Shown here: in pieces, positions 1 through 9,983 of the stretch
How positions within the stretch are numbered: the stretch's first letter is position 1
How the letters are laid out: every line of letters starts with the position of its first letter
Origin: a virus
Virus record (IMG/VR): IMGVR_UViG_3300045988_137032
Location: 96,001-160,000 of that record
Reading direction: 5' to 3' (one strand)
DNA: 64,000 nt
Program-made: the position numbers and the translations under genes
Notes under the pieces: generated by a model
What the model was told of the DNA's origin: nothing
The model's database searches: none
Seen by the model: the letters and a program-made list of their open reading frames with translations, nothing else

Positions 1-14
1 GTAAAGTATCTATC

Positions 15-1847
15 ATGTCTGCTATTAGCAACTACTATGACTTCATGATCGATCCTATTACAGAAGAAATCCTTCGGGATATTAATCTTCCTACGGATTT
101 GATTGATGTTTGTATCTATGCTAATAGTCTGCTTGTTGATGATAGCTATACCTTTGAATCTAGCCAGCGTATTGCGCGTGTGCGTTCTAGTGAAGTTATT
201 CCTGCAATTCTCTATTATCAGCTCTCCCGTTCCTATCTTGAATATAAGAATAGTAACGGTAAGAAGAAACTGAGTCTTCCTAGAAATGCAGTCATTAAGG
301 AACTCATGGCATTACAGACAGTGGAAGATTACTCTACACTGAATCCTGTCGTTGAACTTGAGAAGGATCGTTCCATCTCTGCTAAGGGATATCGTGGTGT
401 CAACGTGGAACGTGCGTATACAGAAGAGAAGCGTTCTTACGATGCATCTATGATTGGTGTTATCGGTATGAGTACTTCTCCTGATGGTAACTGTGGTATC
501 AATAGAACTCTTACTATGGAACCCAATATTACCTCTGCACGTGGATACGTTGATATCAAAGAGAATGAGCGTGATGATCTTAAGGACGTTAACGTATTCT
601 CTCCCGGTGAACTTCTGTATCCTCTTGGCGCAACTCGTGATGATTCCATCCGTACTGCAATGGCTGTCAAGCAGTCTAAGCATGTTATTCCCGTTAAGAA
701 TGCAGCACCTGCATTGATTGCTAATGGATCTGATGAAGCAATTCGTTTTGATCTGTCGAGTGATTTCGTTATTAATGCTGCTGAAGATGGTAAGGTTATT
801 GACTACGATCCAAAGAGCAATATTCTTATGCTGGAGTATAAGTCTGGTAAGCATCAGGCAGTTAATCTTGCACCGAATATTGTGAAGAATGGCGGCGGCG
901 GTTTCTATCTTTCCAATGAACTTATCACGAAATACAAAGTAGGCGATAAGTTTAAGAAGGATGACGCTATTGCATGGCATAAGGATTTCTTCAAAGACGA
1001 TGGTATGAATGGTCTTCGTATGAATGTGGGTGTTCTTGAGAAGGTTGCTATCATCTCTAGCTACAATACCTACAACGACTGTACCGTTATTACCAAGAAG
1101 CTTGCAGGTGATGCAGAAGCCAATATGACTTTCTGTAAATCTGTAGTTATTGGTAAGAATTCTAACGTCTATGACATTCGTAAAGTCGGTGATCATCTTA
1201 GCATTGGTGATCCATTGATCGCATATGATACTTCCTTTGAAGATAGTGATCTGAATAAGCTTCTTGCATCACTTTCTGATGATAATAAGGAGCTTATTGA
1301 TGAAGGAAGTAAGAATGTCATAAAGAGTAAATACGCTGGTAAAATTGTCGGCATCAAGATCTATTCTGCTGTAGAGCTTGAAGATATGAGTCCTTCTCTC
1401 CGTAAGATTGTGTCCAGTTACTATAACGGAGTTAAAGAAAAGAAGGGATTCCTCGATAAGTATGCCGAGGAAGGTAGCAGCATTGTCAAGTGTGGACTTC
1501 TCGTAAATGAAACTACTGGTAAGATTGAACCTAATATCTATGGCGTTATTAAGGGTCAAAAGATCAATGACGATGGCGTTCTCATTGAATTCTATATCGA
1601 ACACCCGGATATCTTAGGAGTAGGCGATAAAATCGCCTATTTCACAGCTCTTAAGGGTATTATCGGTGAGATTATACCTGAAGGCTATGAACCTTATAGT
1701 GAATTTCGCCCGGATGAAGAAGTTTCTTCGCTAATCCCACCGTCCTCAATTTTGAAACGTCAGGTTCCTTCTATTCTGATCACAGTTCTTGGTAACAAGA
1801 TTATGGTTGAATTGAAGAGAAAACTTGAGGAGATCTACAACTCCTAA
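15..1847 (+). CDS. multisubunit RNA polymerase beta-like subunit (C-terminal part of a split beta; may start upstream of the window)
   Basis: 610-aa ORF. IRTAMAVKQSKHVIP resembles the beta motif RALMGxNMQRQAVP. GDKIAYFTALKGIIGEIIPEGYEPY resembles GDKxAGRHGNKGVxSxIxPxEDMP. The frame is open from nt 3 to the ATG. Confidence 0.65.
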   Translation: MSAISNYYDFMIDPITEEILRDINLPTDLIDVCIYANSLLVDDSYTFESSQRIARVRSSEVIPAILYYQLSRSYLEYKNSNGKKKLSLPRNAVIKELMALQTVEDYSTLNPVVELEKDRSISAKGYRGVNVERAYTEEKRSYDASMIGVIGMSTSPDGNCGINRTLTMEPNITSARGYVDIKENERDDLKDVNVFSPGELLYPLGATRDDSIRTAMAVKQSKHVIPVKNAAPALIANGSDEAIRFDLSSDFVINAAEDGKVIDYDPKSNILMLEYKSGKHQAVNLAPNIVKNGGGGFYLSNELITKYKVGDKFKKDDAIAWHKDFFKDDGMNGLRMNVGVLEKVAIISSYNTYNDCTVITKKLAGDAEANMTFCKSVVIGKNSNVYDIRKVGDHLSIGDPLIAYDTSFEDSDLNKLLASLSDDNKELIDEGSKNVIKSKYAGKIVGIKIYSAVELEDMSPSLRKIVSSYYNGVKEKKGFLDKYAEEGSSIVKCGLLVNETTGKIEPNIYGVIKGQKINDDGVLIEFYIEHPDILGVGDKIAYFTALKGIIGEIIPEGYEPYSEFRPDEEVSSLIPPSSILKRQVPSILITVLGNKIMVELKRKLEEIYNS

Positions 1848-1861
1848 AAAAGAAAAAAAAT

Positions 1862-1917
1862 AAAGAGTGCACTACCTGTTTATGATAGTGCACTCTTTAT
1901 GAATCCTATATAGGATT
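1862..1917. terminator. tandem hairpins between convergent genes
   Basis: AAAGAGTGCACTA/TAGTGCACTCTTT stem (1862-1898), then the AATCCTATATAGGATT palindrome followed by a T-run. An A-run lies upstream. Confidence 0.6.
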
Positions 1918-1926
1918 TTTTCTTTA

Positions 1927-2448
1927 TCATTCTTCCGTATCGCTTGCAATTATATTTGATGCTTCTTCATATTTCTTTCTGTACTCTGAATATACAGGAG
2001 GAATCTTTCCTGTAACTGCTGCCATATAGCAGTCGAGTACATAGCTCTTTAAGACTTCATCGTCAACGGATCGGATATATCCCTTGATGGCATCTGCCGG
2101 TAAATCAAAGAATTGGAATAACTTGATGCATCCAATTCTTGGTTTCGATTCATCTTTCAGATTCTCGCCAAGATCAACGAAAACGCGTAAGCGATTGACG
2201 ACTTCCTTATCTGGATTGCTTGTACCAACAAACTTGCTGGTTAACATTGCCACCTTAACAGTAGAACTTGATGCGTACCAGTTGTCGGTTGATATGACAA
2301 GTGCCGGATGAGGTTTGCAATTAGGAATAACGCTACTGAAATCACACCAGTAGATATTCCATTTTGAAACCTGTAATGGCTTACGGATTGTAGATACGAT
2401 ATCATCTTTTGTGATACCAAGCATCTGCATTTCTTCGGTTAATTCCAT
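1927..2448 (-). CDS. PemK/MazF-fold (toxin-like endoribonuclease) domain protein with C-terminal extension
   Basis: WNIYWCDF...HPALVISTDNWYASSSTVKVAMLTSK fits the MazF/PemK pattern GDIxWVDF...RPxLVISND...TVxVxPxTS. Hairpin terminators lie on both sides. Confidence 0.5.
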   Translation of the reverse strand: MELTEEMQMLGITKDDIVSTIRKPLQVSKWNIYWCDFSSVIPNCKPHPALVISTDNWYASSSTVKVAMLTSKFVGTSNPDKEVVNRLRVFVDLGENLKDESKPRIGCIKLFQFFDLPADAIKGYIRSVDDEVLKSYVLDCYMAAVTGKIPPVYSEYRKKYEEASNIIASDTEE

Positions 2449-2476
2449 AAATTACTTTCTCCTTATAAATAAAAAA

Positions 2477-2525
2477 TTAACTCCGTGAAAGTAGTCATTA
2501 TTAGACTTACCTTCACGGAGTTAAT
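2477..2525 (-). terminator. rho-independent terminator after 2538..3398
   Basis: ATTAACTCCGTGAA/TTCACGGAGTTAAT stem, followed on the minus strand by TTTTTT. Confidence 0.6.
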
Positions 2526-2537
2526 TACTAATGATTA

Positions 2538-3398
2538 TTAAAAGCTGATTTTCTCGAGGCTCTCTGCAACAATGTCACACTCACTGTCACTGAACTTATC
2601 GATCTGCTTGTCGCGGATGATCATGCCTTCAACAACCATGTTGAGGATGTCGGTGTTGTAGATAGACTTGATCTTCTCACGGCTGGTCTTGGGCTTGGTA
2701 GCATCTTCAGCAACAACAGCATCCTCTTTGATGTGACGCATAGTTTCGAGAAGCTTTTTCTCGAAAGGATCGTATGCATCAGGATAGTTTTCCTGGACGT
2801 AATCCTTCCAATAGCCATCCATGCCAGGAATGATGTTACGGATTTTCCTGATAGCGTTGATATCCCCAGCAAGCTCAACGAGGTACTTAGCCATGTGATG
2901 TGCTTCGTCCTTCTTGATCTCGTTAATGGCGAGCTCCTCAAAGTCCAAAGGATCACCATCCTGATCGATATACCTGGCATTGATGATAGGCATACGATCA
3001 TTGGGAATGGCAATCTTGATGATGATGGAACTGATATACCTGGGGCTCGTAATGTTCTCGCCAAAGGAAAGCAGCTGATTCCGAAGGATATTGTCGATCA
3101 GAATCGAGAAGTTTCCCTCCGTGATCAGGTCACGGGAAATGCTGTAGTTGTGGATCTGCTTGCAGATCGTGATATGGACATTGATCATTGCAGGAACCAT
3201 GCCCATATCCTTGCTGTTTTCGTTATCCCAGCAAGCACAGACGATATGCTGGTCAACTACGTTGCCGATGAACGGAAAACCTTCGTCTTCCTCATCATCG
3301 TCAATCGGGTTGTAGTGGAGCATCGTTACAGGCCCCTGCCAGACAATGCTGTAGTTGTTACGGGTGAATTTCCATTCAGGTAACTGTTTCTCGCACAT
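2538..3398 (-). CDS. hypothetical protein
   Basis: 286-aa ORF with GGAGGAGG upstream of the ATG. Abuts the stop of the upstream gene. Confidence 0.7.
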   Translation of the reverse strand: MCEKQLPEWKFTRNNYSIVWQGPVTMLHYNPIDDDEEDEGFPFIGNVVDQHIVCACWDNENSKDMGMVPAMINVHITICKQIHNYSISRDLITEGNFSILIDNILRNQLLSFGENITSPRYISSIIIKIAIPNDRMPIINARYIDQDGDPLDFEELAINEIKKDEAHHMAKYLVELAGDINAIRKIRNIIPGMDGYWKDYVQENYPDAYDPFEKKLLETMRHIKEDAVVAEDATKPKTSREKIKSIYNTDILNMVVEGMIIRDKQIDKFSDSECDIVAESLEKISF

Positions 3399-3400
3399 AA

Positions 3401-4258
3401 TTATTCCTCCTCCTTGATTTCCTCGATGTCATATTCTTTGAGATTCTTGTTGATAGCGCATTTGGCAGATTCCTCATTCAACTTGAACTTATCGGGATAC
3501 TTCTTTGCCATGGCGGTCTCAATGTTCTTCATGAAGGCCTTGTACCACCTGAACAGCTCAGGGTACTTGGAACAGATCTTATCAGCTTCACGAGTACGAC
3601 TTTCAACGTTGTTGAGAAGTTCAATGACACAAGAATCATCATTACCGACATAGTTGCTACCGTCGTAGCGTGCAGTAATGGTGCTCTTCATGCAATCAAC
3701 ATCATTCTCACGATTGTCATGCCATGCTTCGCTCACAGAGCTTTCGAGGATATAGTCGTTATTGTAATCACCGCTGCGAAGCCCATAGCGGCAGGTGATG
3801 ATCGGATCCTGGCCAATGAAGAGGTACATGTAGATGTTGATGCTATTGAGCTTATAGGGAGCTGTGAGATCATCAAACGGCTTCAACAGCAGTAAAATCC
3901 GATCGATGTCAATCTTCGGAGTAAACTCCATGGTTTCGAACGGGATTTTCACCGTAGGCATCGTGACCTCCAAATTGACGTTCACGGAAGACGGGACGTA
4001 CTGCTTGCGGTCCCAAGGATCCGGGAACTGCCAGCAGTGGATGAGGAACTTCTGGGAGTAGCACTGAGTGGGAATAGAGCCGTTATAGCCATTGCCAGCG
4101 TTTGCTGCCAACTGAGCAGCGGTGGACACATCCGCGGTTGCATAGAAAACAGAGCCGTTGGTGGTTACCTCACGAATCGGGGTAGCAAACGCAACCTCAA
4201 AATTCTTCTCGTACTTATTGCTCTCCTTATCGAATTTACTTTCAAATTTCCATGCCAT
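3401..4258 (-). CDS. hypothetical protein
   Basis: The ORF is open to 4300, but the ATG at 4258 (MAWKFES) has AAGGAG 8 nt upstream. Confidence 0.65.
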   Translation of the reverse strand: MAWKFESKFDKESNKYEKNFEVAFATPIREVTTNGSVFYATADVSTAAQLAANAGNGYNGSIPTQCYSQKFLIHCWQFPDPWDRKQYVPSSVNVNLEVTMPTVKIPFETMEFTPKIDIDRILLLLKPFDDLTAPYKLNSINIYMYLFIGQDPIITCRYGLRSGDYNNDYILESSVSEAWHDNRENDVDCMKSTITARYDGSNYVGNDDSCVIELLNNVESRTREADKICSKYPELFRWYKAFMKNIETAMAKKYPDKFKLNEESAKCAINKNLKEYDIEEIKEEE

Positions 4259-4377
4259 AATACTTTCTCCTTGTCTCGCTTTCATTTGATTGATTTTCAA
4301 AATAAGTAAATCTTACATTGGATTCACTCCCTTTCTTCATAGCTATAATATATAACTATGATTATTGATTGAATTGA

Positions 4378-5040
4378 TTACTTCTTGATGTCAGCGTAAT
4401 CGTCGCTGGACATGTACGAGAATCCGTTCGTCGCGTCATAATTGGGATCGAAATCATCGGACGAATATTCCTTGGTATCAGGAATGAAGACAAGATACCG
4501 AGTCTTATCAGGTACCTTTTCGTAGGTCTTGGGAGCAGTTTTCAGAACTCCAACGAGATCGGCATAGATTGTTTCACCGGATGCGATCTTGTTGACGAAG
4601 ACTCCCCAATTGTCAGGATTCAGGCCGAGATGTGCTGCGAGCATGTTGAAAGAATCGTATTCACGATCATCAAAATCACCCAGACCAGCATCGATCATGA
4701 TGAATGTCTTGAAGGACTCATTGCTGGCATCAACGAAGATAAATCTCCGATAGAAAAGCTGGAGATTGCCGGTGGGGTGATCAGAGACCAGACGATCGAT
4801 GATGCTGGAGTAAGGCTTCAGTACGTCAGGCAGTTTTGCCTTATCGTCGACATCAATCTGTTTGTCAGACTTCATGCAGCCATCAGTAGAGATCTGATAA
4901 GTGTTGTCGTTGACAACGAAATTCACGCTGTTGTCGATCGCCATACACCCTTCAAAAAGATCGATAGAGCGACCACGCGTGGAAGAAGTCACTTCCACAA
5001 AGTTGGTGGTGGGTTCGGTGTTAGTTACGATTTTACACAT
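4378..5040 (-). CDS. hypothetical protein, paralog of 5551..6222
   Basis: 220-aa ORF with AAGGAG SD. Shares NxVxNDNTYQISTDG / FxVDGHGYEITVDG and C-terminal IPDxKxYxxxxFDPN motifs with 5551..6222. Confidence 0.7.
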   Translation of the reverse strand: MCKIVTNTEPTTNFVEVTSSTRGRSIDLFEGCMAIDNSVNFVVNDNTYQISTDGCMKSDKQIDVDDKAKLPDVLKPYSSIIDRLVSDHPTGNLQLFYRRFIFVDASNESFKTFIMIDAGLGDFDDREYDSFNMLAAHLGLNPDNWGVFVNKIASGETIYADLVGVLKTAPKTYEKVPDKTRYLVFIPDTKEYSSDDFDPNYDATNGFSYMSSDDYADIKK

Positions 5041-5063
5041 AGTCGTTTCTCCTTTTTTATAAA

Positions 5064-5522
5064 TTATTTATTCTTTTTCTTCTTATCAGTCTTCTTTTCA
5101 TCGGACTTCAAAGTAGAACTGAAATCTGCGGCGCGGTCTTCGCCACGCACCCAGATATCGACATTGGGTTTCTTGTTACCGGACTGGGATTCTGCGAGAT
5201 TGATGTTGATGGCTTCCAGGGCACTGATATCAATCTCACCAAAGTCAATCCGATTCAGGATAGACTGGATGCGGTGCTTGTTACTCTTGACATCGCCGAG
5301 GATGCTGCAATTGATGGTATCCCGAACCTGAACGGTGATGGGATACTTGACAGGGAACTCACCATGGAGAACGAGGACATAGCTGTCCATCGTCTGGATG
5401 GTAAAGAGGTTGGTGAGATCACGGATAGCATTGCTCCATGCATTGTGCTCACGATAGATGACATCGTACTTAATGTCATCAATCTTAACGGTCTTGTATT
5501 TCTTTGTATCCTTCTTGCTCAT
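5064..5522 (-). CDS. hypothetical protein with Lys-rich C-terminus
   Basis: 152-aa ORF with AAGGAG SD. Confidence 0.65.
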   Translation of the reverse strand: MSKKDTKKYKTVKIDDIKYDVIYREHNAWSNAIRDLTNLFTIQTMDSYVLVLHGEFPVKYPITVQVRDTINCSILGDVKSNKHRIQSILNRIDFGEIDISALEAININLAESQSGNKKPNVDIWVRGEDRAADFSSTLKSDEKKTDKKKKNK

Positions 5523-5550
5523 TTTTTACTCTCTCCTTGTGTTATTTACT

Positions 5551-6222
5551 TTAGCCCATAATGGATTTTACACCATCATGATTCACGTACATGAGTTTAT
5601 TGGCAACGGGATTCGGATCGAATTCAGCATTGTCATAGACTTTGTCATCAGGAATGATGAGAATCTCTCTATCATAGGAAGTGATATGCTCAATATTTCC
5701 TTTCCCAATCGGAACCTTGATTGCATACATCCGGTCACAGAATGGATCTCCTTTGTTGATATACTCAACGAATTCTTTCCAATCTTTGGAATTCTCACCG
5801 AGATATTCTGCAAGCAGGTTGATAGATTCAATATCACGAGCTTCCCGATTAGGAGCCTTGCTCGGATATGCGTATTTATCGAGCATCGTAAAGATGCGAT
5901 ACTGATCTTTATCCGAATCAACGAGGAAGAATCTACGCCAATGATAGAATACATCCATTCCATAAGGCGTATCAGACATGAACTCATGAATGACGTTACG
6001 GTGATGCTGTAATTCATCCGGGATCATACATTCGTTCGTGTTGTAACGCTGGGCAAAGTCATGAGACATGTAGCCATCCACGGTTATTTCATAACCATGA
6101 CCATCAACCATAAAGTCGATATGGTTGTTGATATACATGACTCCTTCCTTGTAGGTTGCGTTTTCACCAATCACCACAATGGATCCAGCGTTCTCAGGAA
6201 TCTGATCTTTCGTATTACTCAT
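5551..6222 (-). CDS. hypothetical protein, paralog of 4378..5040
   Basis: 223-aa ORF with AAGGAG SD. TAATG overlap with the upstream gene. Confidence 0.7.
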   Translation of the reverse strand: MSNTKDQIPENAGSIVVIGENATYKEGVMYINNHIDFMVDGHGYEITVDGYMSHDFAQRYNTNECMIPDELQHHRNVIHEFMSDTPYGMDVFYHWRRFFLVDSDKDQYRIFTMLDKYAYPSKAPNREARDIESINLLAEYLGENSKDWKEFVEYINKGDPFCDRMYAIKVPIGKGNIEHITSYDREILIIPDDKVYDNAEFDPNPVANKLMYVNHDGVKSIMG

Positions 6223-6776
6223 TAGAGACTCTCCTTATAACCTTCAGCAAGAACCTCCGTATCAGATTTCTCCACCGGAACATTCTTATTTGCATCGCGA
6301 ATCATCTGGTCAATGACAGCGGCATCCTTCTCCTTATCACTCCAGAAGAGCTTGGAGCAAGAGTACATGAAGTCACCATTGACACCGACCATGAAGCCGA
6401 GATCGTTGATGTGAATGACGATGGCAACGGGAGCAAAGTCCTGAACGCTGAGAGAAGTGACAACCTTATGCAGGAACTGTTGGAACATGTTTTCCTGAGT
6501 GGAACGCTCAACAGCTTCCATGACCTTCTTGAAGTTCAAGGAAGAACCCTTTGCCTTGATTTCGTCGTTGATAACGACATAAGCACGGGTATTGTGCTTC
6601 TTGTTCTTGAAGTAATAGGTACGTGTGGTCTTGTTGCCCTTGACAGTGGCAACGCCATCATCATCCAACTTCATGTCACCGATCTTCACATCAAAGCCAT
6701 CCTTAGCCTTCTCGATCTTGATCTTCATCGCTTTCTTCTCATCTTTCTTGATCTCAACTGCATTTTTCTTAGCCAT
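6222..6776 (-). CDS. hypothetical protein
   Basis: 184-aa ORF with AGGAGG SD. A promoter-like TTATATATTATATCCATGAAGAAAGG lies upstream on the minus strand. Confidence 0.65.
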   Translation of the reverse strand: MAKKNAVEIKKDEKKAMKIKIEKAKDGFDVKIGDMKLDDDGVATVKGNKTTRTYYFKNKKHNTRAYVVINDEIKAKGSSLNFKKVMEAVERSTQENMFQQFLHKVVTSLSVQDFAPVAIVIHINDLGFMVGVNGDFMYSCSKLFWSDKEKDAAVIDQMIRDANKNVPVEKSDTEVLAEGYKESL

Positions 6777-6863
6777 TTTAATTTCCTCCTAGAATTTTTT
6801 ACTTGTGAATATACGGATAGATTATATAATATATCCTCCTTTCTTCATGGATATAATATATAA

Positions 6864-7895
6864 TCAACCATACGGGTTGATTTCCATATCATCATCGTCA
6901 GAATCTTCGGCTTTTGCGATGTCAATTAGGATATCATGCCAGTTTTCTGGAGCAGAGATAATGGCATGCATGGTGCCATTGTATGTGATTGCCAAATTCG
7001 TCGGACTTAAGATATCCAGGAATACATAATGATTCTGTACTTCTGGTTCTCTCTTCACTGTTTCATGGATGATATTTTCGAAAATCTCCCGATTGAAGGT
7101 ATTTTTATCTCCATAATTAAGTGCATATACAACGAAGTCGACTGCATATTCATATGCAGATTGATAATCTTCTTTGCTTGCTCCAAAATCATCTGTGTAT
7201 GTGGTGAGAACACCAAAGATTCTACGATCTTTCGGAATCTGGAGATAAGTCCTTGCATTCTCAATGATACCTTTAAAGCATTCTCTTGCTTCTTTCCGAT
7301 GCTCTGCATCTTTGACATTTATGATGATATCAGAGCACTGATACGAATCAATGGAATTCTTCAGAAGATAGAAAGGAGTATCATGCTCCGGATTTCTTAG
7401 ACTATCATCCTGAGAAGGATGATCCTTATCCAAGATAGGAAGAATATTTGGAGATCCATGACAAGCAGGTTTACCATTGAGATAGAGATAGTAGTTATTC
7501 GGGGTTACAAAGATCATTGCTGGAAATGCTTTTGCTTTCGTTTTGCTGGCTTCTTTCACAGCCTCCAAGATGCAATTGTATCCATTATTCCAACGATCAT
7601 CTGGACGGGGAGAATTGGACATGCTGTAAATGATATTACGGCCAATAGACCACATATCATTTTCCGGACTATTGAAGATATGCAGGAACATCTGAATGTC
7701 GTTAGAATCCATGAAAGCTTCCTCTTCTTCAGGAGCAACATGATCAAATGCGTCCTTAGATATTTTTGCCATCTCTTCACGGAAACTTTGATCATGGATA
7801 CCCTTTCCGCCGAGTTCCATGCACATTACATTCTGAGAGTGAACGAAAACTTTATAGTTTTCAAATTCCATGTATCTATAAGTACATTCTTTCAT
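6864..7895 (-). CDS. hypothetical protein
   Basis: The ORF is open to 7967. The ATG at 7895 (MKECTYRY) has AAAGGAG upstream. Confidence 0.65.
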   Translation of the reverse strand: MKECTYRYMEFENYKVFVHSQNVMCMELGGKGIHDQSFREEMAKISKDAFDHVAPEEEEAFMDSNDIQMFLHIFNSPENDMWSIGRNIIYSMSNSPRPDDRWNNGYNCILEAVKEASKTKAKAFPAMIFVTPNNYYLYLNGKPACHGSPNILPILDKDHPSQDDSLRNPEHDTPFYLLKNSIDSYQCSDIIINVKDAEHRKEARECFKGIIENARTYLQIPKDRRIFGVLTTYTDDFGASKEDYQSAYEYAVDFVVYALNYGDKNTFNREIFENIIHETVKREPEVQNHYVFLDILSPTNLAITYNGTMHAIISAPENWHDILIDIAKAEDSDDDDMEINPYG

Positions 7896-7917
7896 ATTCT
7901 TTCTCCTTTCAAAAAAG

Positions 7918-7955
7918 AATCCGCTGTTGGGTGTTATTGGTTCCAACAGCGGATT
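7918..7955 (-). terminator. terminator after the beta-prime gene
   Basis: AATCCGCTGTTGG/CCAACAGCGGATT stem, followed on the minus strand by TTTTTT. Confidence 0.65.
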
Positions 7956-7960
7956 ATACT

Positions 7961-9376
7961 TTAACAAGTGCAGAAGTTGTACAGGTTGATCTTCTCACAC
8001 TTATCAATCATGAAGTAGTTATTCAGTTTACCAGTATCACGACTGATCATCATACGAGAGACGGGATCGAACTTGCGGAATGCATGTTCGAGTTCTTTGT
8101 CCATAAGGCCGATGATATTCAGAATATCACCATCGAAGTCTGCATTCAAACCAGGAAGAACGCTCAGAGGAACCGACAGAGTAAAGTCAGATACATCAGA
8201 CTTAATGCTGCGGATATCCATCAGAAGCATGCTGTAATAGTTCAGAGTAGGATTTCGGTTGATGATAATCTTTGGATGCTCCTTATTGACGATGAAGCAC
8301 ATAACCTGATAAATCTTCGGATCAAACTTATAAGCATTGCGATAACGCTCATAAGCTTTTGCCAGAGGAATATCATCCAGCTTCATCAGCCATTCAATGA
8401 TCTTGAACTTAAACATCTCAAGGAAGGTATTGTAACTCAGATCAACCTCAGAGTCACGCAGAGTAGGATTCGGGATAATGACATTACGAGAGGTGTAGTT
8501 TAATGCACCACCGAGAATCTGTCCACGAATCCAACCTTCCTTACCATTCAAGGCATCGAAGTTTTCATCCCAGATATCATTGACACGACCCTGGATGCTA
8601 TGCAGGATATATGCACGATCAATATCCTCGCTGTTCTTGAGCTTATCGCTCAGACTAAACAGCGGGTTGATATTACGGTCGATTGTATTGTAGTAGTAAG
8701 TATCAGTAGTCGTAGACTGAGGACGAAGAAGAGTAGAGTAGATAGGAATGTGTGAAGTAAACACAGCACTCTTTTCACTCTTAATGCGATCAAGTTCATT
8801 GATCGCACTCTTCTTTTTGGTCTTAACGAACTCAATGATTTCATCGAAGTTCTCTTTGAATTCGACAAGACCAATTCCACCAAATCCACCAAGAGCCGCC
8901 TGCTCTTCAGGATCAAAGTATCTCTTTCTCTGACCATCCACGTCAACGATGTACTTATCGTTGATCATGGCCTCCAACATACCTTTCTTCATACAAGAAG
9001 ACAACTTCTTATAGTAGAAAGGATTGATGATGAAATTATCACCCAGTGCAATCCAACCAGTGAATTCGATGTTGACATCTTCGTACTTCACAGGCTTTCC
9101 GCAGATGGGACAAATTTCACCAGCGAACATCTTCCCTTTGAATGCACCACATTCACAGCGATAACGCTCAATGAATGCGTTCTCGTCTTCGTAGTTCGTT
9201 CCGTACAGTGGCGAACGAGCACCATAAAGACTCTTCTGTTTCGTGTCATCAAACTTGATAACTGCGGGCTCCGTAATGGTAAACCCGTTATTCGTCAGGA
9301 TGTCATTTACATATTCAACGTCCCAATTCAACCGCTTAATACGCACACGGTTTTTCCCATGCTTGTGCTTGCCCAT
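7961..9376 (-). CDS. multisubunit RNA polymerase beta-prime subunit, N-terminal fragment
   Basis: Catalytic NADFDGD motif (LNADFDGDILNIIG). N-terminal Zn-ribbon CECG...CPICG. GGAGG SD. Confidence 0.85.
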   Translation of the reverse strand: MGKHKHGKNRVRIKRLNWDVEYVNDILTNNGFTITEPAVIKFDDTKQKSLYGARSPLYGTNYEDENAFIERYRCECGAFKGKMFAGEICPICGKPVKYEDVNIEFTGWIALGDNFIINPFYYKKLSSCMKKGMLEAMINDKYIVDVDGQRKRYFDPEEQAALGGFGGIGLVEFKENFDEIIEFVKTKKKSAINELDRIKSEKSAVFTSHIPIYSTLLRPQSTTTDTYYYNTIDRNINPLFSLSDKLKNSEDIDRAYILHSIQGRVNDIWDENFDALNGKEGWIRGQILGGALNYTSRNVIIPNPTLRDSEVDLSYNTFLEMFKFKIIEWLMKLDDIPLAKAYERYRNAYKFDPKIYQVMCFIVNKEHPKIIINRNPTLNYYSMLLMDIRSIKSDVSDFTLSVPLSVLPGLNADFDGDILNIIGLMDKELEHAFRKFDPVSRMMISRDTGKLNNYFMIDKCEKINLYNFCTC

Positions 9377-9398
9377 ATTAATCAGCCTCCAATCAAAT

Positions 9399-9446
9399 CA
9401 AGTGACTAATCTATGCCTTCTCAGGGTAACATAGATTAGTCACTTG
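9399..9446 (-). terminator. hairpin after the RNase H gene
   Basis: Perfect 17-bp stem CAAGTGACTAATCTATG/CATAGATTAGTCACTTG. Confidence 0.5.
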
Positions 9447-9455
9447 TCGTTTGGG

Positions 9456-9983
9456 TTATTCGTTTTCATTCTTATCTTTCTTCTTCTCAACGTAAAAGTT
9501 TCCTTCTTTTACGAGAGTATTGCAAGGGTCACACATTGTAGAAGCAAGATAATCACATCTCTCATTATCTGGATTTCCATCATGGCCTTTTACCCAGACG
9601 AAAGATACCTTATGCGGCTCTTTTGCTTTCAGAAGTCTCTCCCAAAGATCCTGATTCTTTACGGGTCCTCCAGTTCTTGTCTTCCACCCATTCCGTTTCC
9701 AGTTATACATCCAACGCTTATTGAAAGCATTGACGATATAAGAAGAATCAGAATAGATACGAATCATGGAAGGCTCTGTGACTCTTTCAAGACCAATGAT
9801 AACTCCCATGAGTTCCATCTTATTATTGGTAGTTACAGGAGAACCACCAGCAAATTCTTCAATGGATTCAAACTCATTGGAATCTTTCTTGTATACCTTT
9901 ACGATTGCTGCATATCCACCAGGGCCTCTCGGATTTGCTTTTGCAGCACCATCTGTAAAGATATCAACGTGACGCATCTCCAT
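9456..9983 (-). CDS. rnhA: ribonuclease HI
   Basis: TDGAAKANPRGPGGYAAIV, TNNKMELMGVI, IYSDSSYIV and VKGHDGNPDNERCDYLA match RNase HI motifs. Confidence 0.85.
   Translation of the reverse strand: MEMRHVDIFTDGAAKANPRGPGGYAAIVKVYKKDSNEFESIEEFAGGSPVTTNNKMELMGVIIGLERVTEPSMIRIYSDSSYIVNAFNKRWMYNWKRNGWKTRTGGPVKNQDLWERLLKAKEPHKVSFVWVKGHDGNPDNERCDYLASTMCDPCNTLVKEGNFYVEKKKDKNENE

Noticed and set aside
312-1196. 294-aa minus-strand ORF inside the first beta-like gene, and similar antisense ORFs at 2733..3383, 4630..5331, 5458..6012, 6156..6863, 7419..8503, 9444..9986, 26175..26705, 27083..27697, 49863..50441 and 58404..59081
   Set aside because: All are antisense to, or out of frame with, better-supported genes. 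They lack SD motifs and have Ile/Leu/Phe/Asn-rich compositions typical of AT-rich noncoding frames.
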